Positions 40,396-50,255 of a stretch of DNA of 64,000 nt are shown here, in pieces (position 1 is the first letter of the stretch; every line of letters starts with the position of its first letter). The stretch is from positions 1,860,001 through 1,924,000 of the forward strand of contig UYFQ01000001.1 of NCBI GenBank assembly GCA_900617105.1, in the 5' to 3' direction. Under the pieces are notes generated by a model that saw only the letters and a program-made list of their open reading frames with translations, made no database searches and was not told the DNA's origin. Both the position numbers and the translations under genes were made by a program. The DNA is from Hydrurus foetidus. Its lineage: Eukaryota.

Positions 40396-40809
40396 ATGCA
40401 ACTGACTCCCCTCATCGCCGTGCACATGACCGCCGCGCTAACGGCAATTGCCATTGGCCCAGTTGCCCTGTGGGCACGTAAAGGCACCACGCAGCGCCCC
40501 AAGCTGCACCGCGCCTTTGGCTATGGCTGGGTCACCATGATGCTTGTGGCAGCAGTTTCGGCGATTTTTATCCGCGACCACGGGTTGCCCAATTTTGCAG
40601 GCTACACCCCGATTCACGTTTTAATCCCGGTGACTTTCTACTTTTTGTTTCGCGCTTTTCAGCACTTGGCGCGGGGAAACATCGCAGGCCACCGCGCGGC
40701 CATGCAGCGACTCTACATCAGCGCGTGTTTGGTGGCGGGGGCTTTCACCCTGCTGCCCAACCGCTATTTAGGCAACCTGGTCTGGAACCAGTGGCTTGGC
40801 CTTTCTTGA
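40396..40809 (+). CDS. DUF2306 membrane protein
   Basis: HRAFGYGWV, PIH, HRAAM, FTLLPNR. Confidence 0.8.
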   Translation: MQLTPLIAVHMTAALTAIAIGPVALWARKGTTQRPKLHRAFGYGWVTMMLVAAVSAIFIRDHGLPNFAGYTPIHVLIPVTFYFLFRAFQHLARGNIAGHRAAMQRLYISACLVAGAFTLLPNRYLGNLVWNQWLGLS

Positions 40810-40832
40810 TCACTTAAATAAGGAGTACTTTG

Positions 40833-41354
40833 ATGTTGATTCAAATCGTCACCCGCACACCCGTATGGGTCTGGGCCATTTTGGGTTTGCTGCTGTGGGT
40901 AGGACTTAAGCAGTCGGTGCCGCGAAGCGTTGGCCTGCGGCGCATCACGGTGCTGCCTTTGGTCATGGTGGGCCTGTCGCTGGCTGGCATGCTGACGGCG
41001 TTTGGCACCGGCCACCACGCGCTGCTGGCTTGGGGCGCGGTAGCAGCTATTGCGGCGGCAATCGTGATGCAGCTCAGCTTGCCGCAGGCAACCCACTACA
41101 ACTCGTGGACTCAGCAATTTCAGTTGCCGGGCAGTTGGACACCCCTCGTGTTGATGGTGGGCATTTTCATCACCAAGTACGCGGTAGGCGTGACGCTGGC
41201 CATGCACCCCGAGTTGGCGCGTGACGCACTGTTCAGCCAAAGCATGGCCGCGCTGTACGGCGGCTTTAGCGGCGTGTTTGTGGGGCGCGCGGCGCGGCTA
41301 TGGCGGCTGGTGTCAAGCAAAGCTAGCGGCGTTACCGTCCCGGCAGGTAATTGA
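40833..41354 (+). CDS. Membrane protein (DUF6622-like)
   Basis: TPVWVW..L, PGSWTPLVLM..IF..KY. Confidence 0.75.
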   Translation: MLIQIVTRTPVWVWAILGLLLWVGLKQSVPRSVGLRRITVLPLVMVGLSLAGMLTAFGTGHHALLAWGAVAAIAAAIVMQLSLPQATHYNSWTQQFQLPGSWTPLVLMVGIFITKYAVGVTLAMHPELARDALFSQSMAALYGGFSGVFVGRAARLWRLVSSKASGVTVPAGN

Positions 41355-41462
41355 TCATGTCAAGCCGAATCTCATCGTTTTCGAACGGCGCCGGTCTAAC
41401 CAGTTTGTCTAAAAAATTGGTCACGGTTTTCAATGCAAAGCTTGAGCCTGCACAATAAGCGT

Positions 41463-42587
41463 ATGTCTCAGTCAAACGCCACCTTCGTCCTCGATGTGGA
41501 CCGACCAGCATTGCAAAAGATGCGTGCCAGTGCGCCCAGCTTGGTCCAGCATGCCATTAAAGTAATGGGTTTTTGCACCTTGATTGCGCTGGTGCTTTGG
41601 CTGGCCAAACCAGGCCAACGCTTTGACGTGCAATTGGCTTATTCAATGGCAACCGGCCTCAGCTCGTGGCTGGTCATTGACTTTTCGCGGTTTTTTATTG
41701 ACGTGAAATCGCGGTTTGGCTTTCCGCGTGGCTGGCGCGGGGTGGTGGTTATTTTTGTCGGCGTTTGCTTTGGTTTTGTAATGGGCACGCTGGTGGGCGA
41801 CGCGTACAGCGGCCACTCTACATTTGACCTGCTGCCCAACCAGCCGCTGTTTTTTCTGTACCTGTTTTTGTTCACTGCCTGCATGGGCGCTGGCGTCAGC
41901 TACTTTTTTTATGCCTCAGGCAAAAGCAACTACCTGACTCAGGAACTTGAAACCTCACGCAGGCAAGCAACTGAGGCACAGCTGAAGTTACTGCAGAGCC
42001 AGCTAGAGCCACACATGCTGTTCAACACGCTGGCTAACTTGCGGGCACTGATTGCAACTGACCCAACACGCGCCATCACCATGCTCGACAGTCTGATCGA
42101 CTACCTGCGCGCCACCTTAAGCGCATCACGCGCAACCAGCCACAGTCTGCAAAACGAGTTTGACCGGCTTGGCGATTACCTTGCGCTAATGCAGGTGCGC
42201 ATGGGGCCGAGACTGACTTACACACTTGACCTGCCACCAGAACTCGCCGAGCAAAGCGTGCCCACGCTGCTGTTGCAACCGCTGGTTGAAAACGCCATCA
42301 AACACGGGCTGGAACCCAAAATTGAAGGCGGTAGCGTTGTCGTAACAGCGCGCCGTGAGGGTAGCAACGTTGTGCTGGACGTGATCGACAGCGGCGTTGG
42401 CCTGAAGGACGGCGCAGGCTTTGGCTTGACGCAGGTGCGCGAGCGTTTGCAGGCCGCGTACGGCGACCAGGCTACTATCGTATTAGGAGCTGCTGGCGCC
42501 CGATTTACAAGGGCTAGCATTACTTTTCCTTATGAAAACCGATTGTCAGGCTTTACTCCCTCTCCCTCTGGGAGAGGGCGGGGGTGA
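41463..42587 (+). CDS. LytS/YehU-type sensor histidine kinase
   Basis: QLEPHMLFNTL, LLQPLVENAIKHG, GFGL. Start is uncertain (41433 or 41463). Confidence 0.9.
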   Translation: MSQSNATFVLDVDRPALQKMRASAPSLVQHAIKVMGFCTLIALVLWLAKPGQRFDVQLAYSMATGLSSWLVIDFSRFFIDVKSRFGFPRGWRGVVVIFVGVCFGFVMGTLVGDAYSGHSTFDLLPNQPLFFLYLFLFTACMGAGVSYFFYASGKSNYLTQELETSRRQATEAQLKLLQSQLEPHMLFNTLANLRALIATDPTRAITMLDSLIDYLRATLSASRATSHSLQNEFDRLGDYLALMQVRMGPRLTYTLDLPPELAEQSVPTLLLQPLVENAIKHGLEPKIEGGSVVVTARREGSNVVLDVIDSGVGLKDGAGFGLTQVRERLQAAYGDQATIVLGAAGARFTRASITFPYENRLSGFTPSPSGRGRG

Positions 42588-42673
42588 GGGCTGGCGGAAG
42601 GTGCATATAGTCGTCCTTGGTGAAGGGTGCTGCCCCTCACCCCTACCCTCACCCCAGAGGGGCGAGGGAGTAA
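42553..42673. repeat. GC-rich palindromic element, same family as 7846-7943
   Basis: TTACTCCCTCTCCCTCTGGGAGAGGGCGGGGGTGAGGG ... CCCTCACCCCTACCCTCACCCCAGAGGGGCGAGGGAGTAA. Confidence 0.85.
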
Positions 42674-42727
42674 AAAGGACATGCCGCACATGGCGATCAG
42701 AGTCGGTATTCAAATTCATCAAAAACC

Positions 42728-43573
42728 ATGACAACTGCCCTCATCGCTGAAGACGAACCCCTGCTGGCCGCAGCGCTGCGCGCCGAGCTCGCCCGCGCCT
42801 GGCCTGATCTGCAAGTGGTGGCCACCGTTGGCGACGGCGCATCAGCCGTAGCGAAGGCGCTGGCACTGCAGCCCGACGTGCTGTTCTTCGACATTCAAAT
42901 GCCAGGCATGACCGGGCTGGAAGCCGCGGCTGAGCTGCTTGACGCTTGGCCACTTGAAGCGGGCAGCAAACCCTTCCCGGCACTGGTGTTCGTTACCGCT
43001 TATGACCAGTACGCAGTAGCCGCGTTTGAAGCGCAGGCGATTGACTACCTGCTTAAGCCCGTGCAGCCCGCCAGGCTGCTAAAAACCATACAAAAAGTGC
43101 AGCTAGCCCAACAAATACGGGCGCAAGCAGCTACTAAAAATATAGTAAATACCGACGACCAGCTAGAGCAAACGCTCACCCAGCTGCACGCCGTAACCCG
43201 CGCCCTGCTGGCCGCACGCGCGCCGGCTAACGCGTTGCCGCCGCTGCAAGTTATTTCTGCGGCGCAGGCTGGCTTGCCGAGCGTTACGCGGCTGGTGCCG
43301 ATTGCTGACGTGCTTTACTTTGAGGCAGCCGACAAATACATGCGCGTGCTGACGGCTGACGCTGAATACCTGATTCGCACACCACTCAAAGAGCTGATTC
43401 CCCAACTCGACGCCAACGAGTTTTGGCAGGTTCACCGCGGCACGCTGGTGCGGGCCACGGCGGTGCACGCCGCTGTTCGCGACGCCAACGGCAAGTTCAG
43501 CCTGGCGCTGGCTGGCCGCCCTGAAAAGCTGCCAGTCAGCCGCCTGTACGCGCATTTGTTTAAGGCCATGTAG
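42728..43573 (+). CDS. LytTR-family response regulator
   Basis: AEDE, DIQMPG, FVTAYDQYA, DYLLKPV, FWQVHRGTLV, LPVSR. Confidence 0.93.
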   Translation: MTTALIAEDEPLLAAALRAELARAWPDLQVVATVGDGASAVAKALALQPDVLFFDIQMPGMTGLEAAAELLDAWPLEAGSKPFPALVFVTAYDQYAVAAFEAQAIDYLLKPVQPARLLKTIQKVQLAQQIRAQAATKNIVNTDDQLEQTLTQLHAVTRALLAARAPANALPPLQVISAAQAGLPSVTRLVPIADVLYFEAADKYMRVLTADAEYLIRTPLKELIPQLDANEFWQVHRGTLVRATAVHAAVRDANGKFSLALAGRPEKLPVSRLYAHLFKAM

Positions 43574-43697
43574 CGCCCTGCCCTTTAGCCAGCGAGTAAA
43601 GCCATCGCCTGTGGTCAGCAGGCCGCGTTGTCCTACGCATTGCCGCGGCTGTGCGGGGTGTACTTAAAGAGTAAAAAACCAACTCTAAGGGACCCGC

Positions 43698-44288
43698 ATG
43701 AAATCAACTCACAACACCGCCATCGCGTACAGCAAAGGCGCTGCAAGCGTTTTGGCCATGGCTCTGGGCACAGCAGTCATCATGGCCGCCTGCTCCACTG
43801 CAAAGCCGCCAGCCAAAGAATTTAACCAAGACAAAGTAGCCGACACAGTACGCGTGCCACCGGGCAACGTGGTGGCGCTTGAAACCACAGGCGTGGGCGT
43901 TCTGAACTATGAATGCCGCAAGAACGTAGCCGCCACCGGCGAAAACGGCTGGGCGCTGGCCGTGCCCAAAGCCGACCTGATCGATCGCACCGGTAAAACC
44001 GTCGGCACCTACGGCGGCCCGCCCGCCACGTGGACGCACATGGACGGCTCAGTGGTGGTCGGCACCCAAATTGCACTGGCCCCCAGCACGGGCGGCAACA
44101 ACATTCCTACGCAATTGTCGAAAGGCACGCCGGGCGCGATGGCAGGCGCCATGCAAAACATCACCTTCATTCAACGCTTGAACACCAAGGGCGGGCAAGA
44201 CATTTCCAAAGCCTGCGGCCCAGCCGACATTGGCGACAAAGTGACTATTCCCTACCAAGCCGACTATATTTTTTGGAAAGCTGCTTAA
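43698..44288 (+). CDS. DUF3455 lipoprotein
   Basis: Lipobox MAAC; YEC, IQRLNTKGG, VTIPYQADYIFW. Confidence 0.8.
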   Translation: MKSTHNTAIAYSKGAASVLAMALGTAVIMAACSTAKPPAKEFNQDKVADTVRVPPGNVVALETTGVGVLNYECRKNVAATGENGWALAVPKADLIDRTGKTVGTYGGPPATWTHMDGSVVVGTQIALAPSTGGNNIPTQLSKGTPGAMAGAMQNITFIQRLNTKGGQDISKACGPADIGDKVTIPYQADYIFWKAA

Positions 44289-44325
44289 CCGGCACAGCGC
44301 GCACAACCCCCACAATCAGCACTCA

Positions 44326-44364
44326 TAAAAAAACCTGCATTCATCAAATGGCTGCAGGTTTTTT
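44326..44364. terminator. Bidirectional terminator
   Basis: AAAAAAACCTGCA...TGCAGGTTTTTT between convergent genes. Confidence 0.8.
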
Positions 44365-44447
44365 CGTTTTCTACAACTGGTTTGCCGTTGGCTCAGCGTT
44401 GGTTCAGCGCCGGCTAAACGCTGGTTTACCGCTGGCTTAAACCTGAT

Positions 44448-44873
44448 TTAGCGCTGGTAATATACCGGCGCATAACCCCGCTGCGGCTGCACGTAATAGC
44501 CACCGCGGTTGTGCTTCCAGCCGTGCTTGCCATGCCCGCCGTAGTCGCCGTAATAGCCCTGCGGCGCACCGTTGTGGTACAGACCTGGGTAGCCGTAAGT
44601 CACTGGCTGCGGCGCAATGTACACCTGCGGCTGGCGGTAGTACACCGGTGGGCCTTGGTAGTAAACAGGCGCTGGCTGCACGTACACAGGCTGCGGCTGC
44701 ACATAAACAACTTGCGGCTGCGAATAGACGGGGTAGGCATAGGCTGGCGAGCCAATTTGCACTGAAAACTGCACGTTGTCACGCGCCTGCGCAGCGCTAG
44801 TAAATCCAATGCCAGCCACAACGACGGCAGCAATGCCAACGGCGGTTGCAAAACGGTTCTGATTTGAGGTCAT
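44448..44873 (-). CDS. Secreted Pro/Tyr-rich (PXPV-repeat-like) protein
   Basis: Signal peptide AQA|R; VYVQPQPVYVQPAPVYY. Confidence 0.75.
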   Translation of the reverse strand: MTSNQNRFATAVGIAAVVVAGIGFTSAAQARDNVQFSVQIGSPAYAYPVYSQPQVVYVQPQPVYVQPAPVYYQGPPVYYRQPQVYIAPQPVTYGYPGLYHNGAPQGYYGDYGGHGKHGWKHNRGGYYVQPQRGYAPVYYQR

Positions 44874-45017
44874 CTCATACTCCTTGGCGTGAAATGCACG
44901 CGGTATACAAAGATTAACGCGCAACACACCCAGCCGACTACCCCCCGGCACGTTAACTAAGTAGCAAAACGTAAGCGCAGCCGTAGGCGTTTGCGGGCAA
45001 CAACCTAAAATCAAGTT

Positions 45018-45245
45018 ATGACACCCGCAAACACCCCACCCGGCAATTTGGCCAAGCCGCCATCGGCTAATGAAACGACCACCCCAGGCACCGCGTTTTC
45101 AAGTAACTTTCTGCGCCAAATCATCGAAAAAGACCTGGCCCAAGGCACTTACGCCACCCGCCACTGGGGCGGCAGCCCGGGCGACGCAGCGCACCATGCG
45201 GCCGGGCCGGTTGATGCGCAAAAAGTGCGCATGCGCTTCCCGCCA

Positions 45246-45280
<35 letters not shown>

Positions 45281-46904
45281 AAGCATTTGCCTGAACTTTG
45301 GCCTGGCACGCGACTACGGCGGCGTGTGCCACCTGCGCTTTGACGACACCAACCCCGAAAAAGAAGATATTGAATACGTCAACGCCATCATTGACTCAGT
45401 CAAGTGGCTGGGCTTTGACTGGGCGCAAGATGGCAACAGCGCGTACTACCAGGCCAGCGATTATTTTGACTTCATGTACCGCGCGGCAGAGTATCTGGTT
45501 GAAGCAGGCCTGGCTTATGTGGACGAGCAAACGGCAGACGAAATGCGCGCCAATCGCGGCGACTTTGGCAAGCCGGGCGTTGACAGCCCTTTTAGAGGCT
45601 GCACCATTGCTGAGAACCTTGCCCGATTCCGCGAAATGAAAGACGGAAAACTTGCCGATGGCGCAGCCGTACTCCGCGCCAAAATCGACATGGCCAGCCC
45701 CAACATCAACTTGCGTGACCCAGCCATCTACCGCATTCGCCGCGCGCACCACCACAACACCGGCGACAAGTGGTGCATCTACCCCATGTACGCCTTTGCG
45801 CACCCGATTGAAGACGCGCTAGAGCAAATTACCCACAGCCTGTGCACACTAGAGTTTGAAGACCAGCGCCCGTGGTACGACTGGTTGCTGGAGCGCTTGA
45901 TCGAAGGCGGCCTGCTGGCCAGCCCCGCACCCCGCCAATACGAATTCGCCCGCCTCAACTTGACCTACGTGCTCACTAGCAAACGCAAGCTGGCGCAACT
46001 GGTGAATGAAAGCAAAGTATCAGGCTGGGACGACCCCCGCATGCCCACCATCGTCGGCCTGCGCCGCCGTGGCTACACGCCCGAGGCACTGCAACTGTTT
46101 GCCGAACGCATAGGCGTGACCAAAAGCGACAGCTGGATTGACTACAGCACGCTGGAAGGCTGCCTGCGCGAAACGCTGGACGGCACAGCCCCACGAGCCA
46201 TGGCCGTGCTGGACCCGATCAAACTGGTGTTGACGAACTGGGACGAGGTCATGGGCGCAGGCGAAGGACTTGGAAAAGACGCAAGCGTCTTGGACGAATG
46301 CAGCGCCCCGGTACACCCGCACCACCCCGACCTGGGCAAGCGCCATTTCAAAATCGGTAAAGAGGTGTGGATAGAACGCACAGACTTTGAAGAAACACCG
46401 CCCAAAGGCTTCTTTAGACTGTTCCCGCCGCACATGAACGCAAGCGGTACAGCGCTTGCTGGGAATCGTGTTCGCCTGAAATACGGCCACGTCATCGAAT
46501 GCACAGGCTGCACAAAAGACGCATCAGGCAATGTCACTGAAGTGCAAGCCGTACTCATCCCCGACACCAAAAGCGGCACCCCCGGCTCAGACGCCGTCAA
46601 GGTCAAAGGCGTCATCACCTGGGTAGCCGTAGCCGACGCCCTGCAAGCCGAGGTGCGCCTGTACGACAGACTGTTCAAAGAAGCCCACCCCGAGGCAGGC
46701 GGCGTGGACTTTTTGCAGAACCTGAACGCCAATAGCTTGACAGTGATGCAAGCAGTGATTGAGCCATCATTGGCAACCGCCAAGGCAGACGACAAGTTTC
46801 AGTTTGAACGGCACGGCTACTTTGCTGCGGATCGGGTGGATCACTCGGCGGGGAAGCTGGTGTTTAATTTAGCTGTGGGACTGAAGGATGGGTGGGGGAA
46901 GTAA
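45018..46904 (+). CDS. glnS: Glutamine--tRNA ligase
   Basis: RFPPEPNGYLHIGH, TSKRKL, GWDDPRMPT, FQFERHGYF. Confidence 0.97.
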
Positions 46905-46935
46905 TTACTTCACAACATTTACAAAGGAGCCAAAA

Positions 46936-48225
46936 GTGATCACAGAACTGCAACTGGAGAATTGGAAAAGCTACGAAAAATCTTCGCTGCATATCGATCC
47001 GCTAACCATCGTAATTGGTACAAACGCAAGCGGAAAATCAAATGCGCTAGATGCATTCGTTCTTTTGAATCGGATTGCTACTGGAGCAATGCTTACATCT
47101 GCGTTGCAAGGCGATGGCGCGTTGACCCCAATGCGCGGCGGCGTGGATTGGGCTGCACAGCGGCCAGGCACTAAATTCGCAATTGGAGTTATTTGCCGCG
47201 CTGATGAACTGACCGACTACGAATATCGCATTGAATGTCGGGCGTCAGAAAATCGTTGCGATGTGATTGCGGAGCAATTGTTTCGGAAAAAACATCGTAC
47301 AAATAAAGCTGGTGCAAGAACTTCAGTTGCTGGAATAGTTAAGCTTTTTAGAACTGATCATTGCCCCGACGCTGCTCCAAATATCGTCGCCCGTTTATAT
47401 AACGAAAAACAAGGCACCCCACGAGTTCTTGGCCGCACCCACTCTGTCCTATTTCAGTTGGTGGGCCAAAAACTAAGACAGGAAATTCAAGACGGGGTTA
47501 ACGTCGTAGTCTCTTCTCTAAAAGACATCTTCTACTTAGATCCCATCCCATCACATATGCGAGCGTACTCACCGCTAGCTGACAAACTTGATTCAGATGC
47601 AAAAAACATTGCCGGGGTGATTGCCGCTTTACCCGATTCAAAGCAGAAAGAAATTGAAGCGGTGTTAACTAGGTACGCAAGCAAGCTACCCGAAAGAGAT
47701 ATTCGCCACGTTTATGCTGAGACAGTTGGTAAATTTAAATCTGATGCGATGCTTTATTGTGAGGAAGATTGGCTGGCAGTTGGACAAGCTCACACTGTTG
47801 ACGCACGGGGAATGTCGGACGGAACACTTCGATTTCTTGCCATATTGACGGCTCTTCTGACACGTCCGGAAAAGAGCCTGTTAGTGATTGAGGAGATCGA
47901 TAATGGTTTACATCCATCCAGAGCCAGCATGCTTCTAGACATGCTCAAGACAATCGGAAAACAACGCGGAGTTGACGTGTTAGCAACTACGCACAATCCT
48001 GCATTGCTAGATGCGATGGGTACTGAAATGGTCCCTTTCATCACAGTGGCACACAGAGATAGAAAAACCGGACACAGCGTGTTAGTTTTACTGGAGGAGA
48101 TAAAACAACTTCCAAAACTATTAGCGCAGGGAACCATCGGGCGCTTGTCAAGTAGGGGCCTGATCGAAAAATCCTTGCAACAATCTTTCGATTTTGGCGA
48201 GATAAGTGAAGCCGTTAATGCCTAA
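46936..48225 (+). CDS. ABC-type (RecF/AAA_21-like) ATPase
   Basis: Walker A GTNASGKS, signature MSDGT, Walker B LVIEEIDNGLHP, H-loop TTHN; AGGAG RBS before GTG; no TM segments. Confidence 0.9.
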   Translation: MITELQLENWKSYEKSSLHIDPLTIVIGTNASGKSNALDAFVLLNRIATGAMLTSALQGDGALTPMRGGVDWAAQRPGTKFAIGVICRADELTDYEYRIECRASENRCDVIAEQLFRKKHRTNKAGARTSVAGIVKLFRTDHCPDAAPNIVARLYNEKQGTPRVLGRTHSVLFQLVGQKLRQEIQDGVNVVVSSLKDIFYLDPIPSHMRAYSPLADKLDSDAKNIAGVIAALPDSKQKEIEAVLTRYASKLPERDIRHVYAETVGKFKSDAMLYCEEDWLAVGQAHTVDARGMSDGTLRFLAILTALLTRPEKSLLVIEEIDNGLHPSRASMLLDMLKTIGKQRGVDVLATTHNPALLDAMGTEMVPFITVAHRDRKTGHSVLVLLEEIKQLPKLLAQGTIGRLSSRGLIEKSLQQSFDFGEISEAVNA

Positions 48226-48727
48226 GAAGATTCTAGTTCTCGACACCTCAATCCTTTGCTGTTGGCTACGCATACCTGGAAAAGATACAGCAGGAGCGAA
48301 TAACGACCTCTGGGACTACAACAGAATCAACGAGCTGTTGAATGCCGAGCGCGCACAGGGAAGTACGTTTGTGCTGCCAATTGCCAGCCTGATCGAAACT
48401 GGCAATCACATCTCTCAATGCAATGGAAACCGATATGACTTGGCGATTGCTTTGACTGGTTACCTAAGAAACACCGCTGAGGGGTCTTCACCTTGGGCTG
48501 CTTTTACGGATCAATCAGCGTTGTGGGAACCAACAAACCTTCAGGAATTGTCAGACGCATGGCCAAGACTGGCAGTTGGCGGAACGAGTATTGGTGACGC
48601 AACGATTAAACACGTCGCAGAATATTATTCATTGGCAGGTTATATGGTTGAAATACTTACTGGGGATGAAGGTCTCAAAGCTTACGAAACAGCGAAAGTT
48701 CATTTGGCGCCGAGGCGCCGCAGCTAG
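48218..48727 (+). CDS. PIN-like putative nuclease, coupled to the ATPase
   Basis: Four acidic motifs in PIN order: LVLDTS, IETGNH, IGDATI, LTGDEGL. Overlaps the ATPase end by 8 nt. Confidence 0.7.
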   Translation: MPKKILVLDTSILCCWLRIPGKDTAGANNDLWDYNRINELLNAERAQGSTFVLPIASLIETGNHISQCNGNRYDLAIALTGYLRNTAEGSSPWAAFTDQSALWEPTNLQELSDAWPRLAVGGTSIGDATIKHVAEYYSLAGYMVEILTGDEGLKAYETAKVHLAPRRRS

Positions 48728-48750
48728 AGGGAAGAATTGGGGTCAGACTC

Positions 48751-50208
48751 CAATACTGTTCAGTTAGTAAAATTTGAAGTAAACTTGTATTCCAGTTGCA
48801 TCACCAACTGGAGGCTTCATGGCAAGAACCAAAGCAGTGCTACCCACGGGCACACGAATCGCAGACTACTTAAGCGTCGGCCTGCTGGCTCAGGTCTGCC
48901 CGCTGGCCAAGATTCACCAAATACTTCAAGACACTGGCAGGCAGTCCCAAAGACAGCGTGACTTGCCCGCCCATGGCGTTGTTTACTACGTCTTGGCTCT
49001 CGGGCTTTACATGGGCGTGGCTTACGAAGAAGTGCTGCGTTTGACCCTTGAAGCAATGAGCTTTCTAGGCTCACCCATCAAGCGCGAAATCACCAAATCA
49101 GCCCTGTCCCAGGCGCGCAGCCGCCTGAGCTGGCAAGTTATGGAGCGCCTGGCCAATGAGTGCTTGATGCCGATAGCCCAGCCGCACACGAAGGGTGCCT
49201 GGTTCAAAGGAATGCGCCTGGTCAGCGTCGATGGCAGCACACTGGACTTAGCCCACGAAAGCGCCAACATTGAGGCCTTTGGCGGCCCGACCGCTAATGT
49301 CGGTGTCGCAGGCTATGCGCAACTGCGCTTTGCTGGATTGGTAGAGGGCGGCACGCACGTCATGTTCGCATTAGCCCATGGCGCGTATACCGACAGCGAG
49401 ATCACCTTATTTGACAAGCTATTGCCCAAACTAAAGCCCGACATGCTGCTGCTAGCCGACCGGTACTTTCTGGGCTACAAAGCATGGGCAAAGGCGCGCC
49501 AGACAGGCGCTCAGTTGCTGTGGCGAGCCAAAAAGAACAACATACTGCCAGTGGATCAAGCGCTACCCGATGGCTCATACCTGTCGCACTTAAATCCAAG
49601 CCGCGGTAACAAAGACCCCAGTTTGCAAAGCTTGCCTGTCAGAGTGGTCGAGTACTTCATTGATGGCGACCCCCAGGCCGAGCCGCTGTACAGGCTGGTA
49701 ACAAGTTTGCTCGATCCTGAAGTCGCAACTGCGCACGAGCTTGCACAGGTGTATCACGAGCGCTGGGAGATTGAGACGACGCTCAAAGAGATGAAGACTC
49801 ATCTGCGGGGTGCAAGGGTGGTGCTTCGCAGCAAGACGCCAGACTTGGTCAGGCAAGAGTTCTATGGGTTGTGGCTGGCGCACTTTGCGGTGCGCCGCTT
49901 GATGCATGAGGCGGCGCTGCAAAAGGACATTGATCCCGATGAGCTGTCGTTTAAAAAGAGTCTTCAAATCGTGCGCTGCAAGCTGCCCCATGCTGGGGCT
50001 GTTCCCCCCTGAGCGCTATGCAATTTGGTATGCAGAGGTGATCAACTGCGTAGCCCGCGCCAAATCTGTCAGTTCACGAGGCAAAAGAAACCCGAGGGTG
50101 GTCAAAAGACGAACCAGCTACTATCCTTCGAGAAAAGGCGATGAGCCCTTGAATGTGCTGATTCAAACTGTCATTCGAGTTAAAAATACTTCTAACTGAA
50201 CAGTATTG
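48751..50208 (+). mobile_element. IS4-family insertion sequence, 1458 bp
   Basis: 17 bp terminal inverted repeats CAATACTGTTCAGTTAG / CTAACTGAACAGTATTG; 10 bp target duplication GGTCAGACTC at 48741-48750 and 50209-50218. Confidence 0.95.
48819..50012 (+). CDS. IS4 DDE transposase (probable +1 extension to 50199)
   Basis: VDGST, LADRYF, YHERWEIETTLKEMK (YREK motif). Confidence 0.95.
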   Translation: MARTKAVLPTGTRIADYLSVGLLAQVCPLAKIHQILQDTGRQSQRQRDLPAHGVVYYVLALGLYMGVAYEEVLRLTLEAMSFLGSPIKREITKSALSQARSRLSWQVMERLANECLMPIAQPHTKGAWFKGMRLVSVDGSTLDLAHESANIEAFGGPTANVGVAGYAQLRFAGLVEGGTHVMFALAHGAYTDSEITLFDKLLPKLKPDMLLLADRYFLGYKAWAKARQTGAQLLWRAKKNNILPVDQALPDGSYLSHLNPSRGNKDPSLQSLPVRVVEYFIDGDPQAEPLYRLVTSLLDPEVATAHELAQVYHERWEIETTLKEMKTHLRGARVVLRSKTPDLVRQEFYGLWLAHFAVRRLMHEAALQKDIDPDELSFKKSLQIVRCKLPHAGAVPP

Positions 50209-50255
50209 GGTCAGACTCCACTTGATTTCCTGCCTTTGTCATACCAGCAGACTAC

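Noticed and set aside
42532..42750. ORFs with PLPLGEG/PSPQRGEG peptides
   Set aside because: These are translations of the palindromic repeat.
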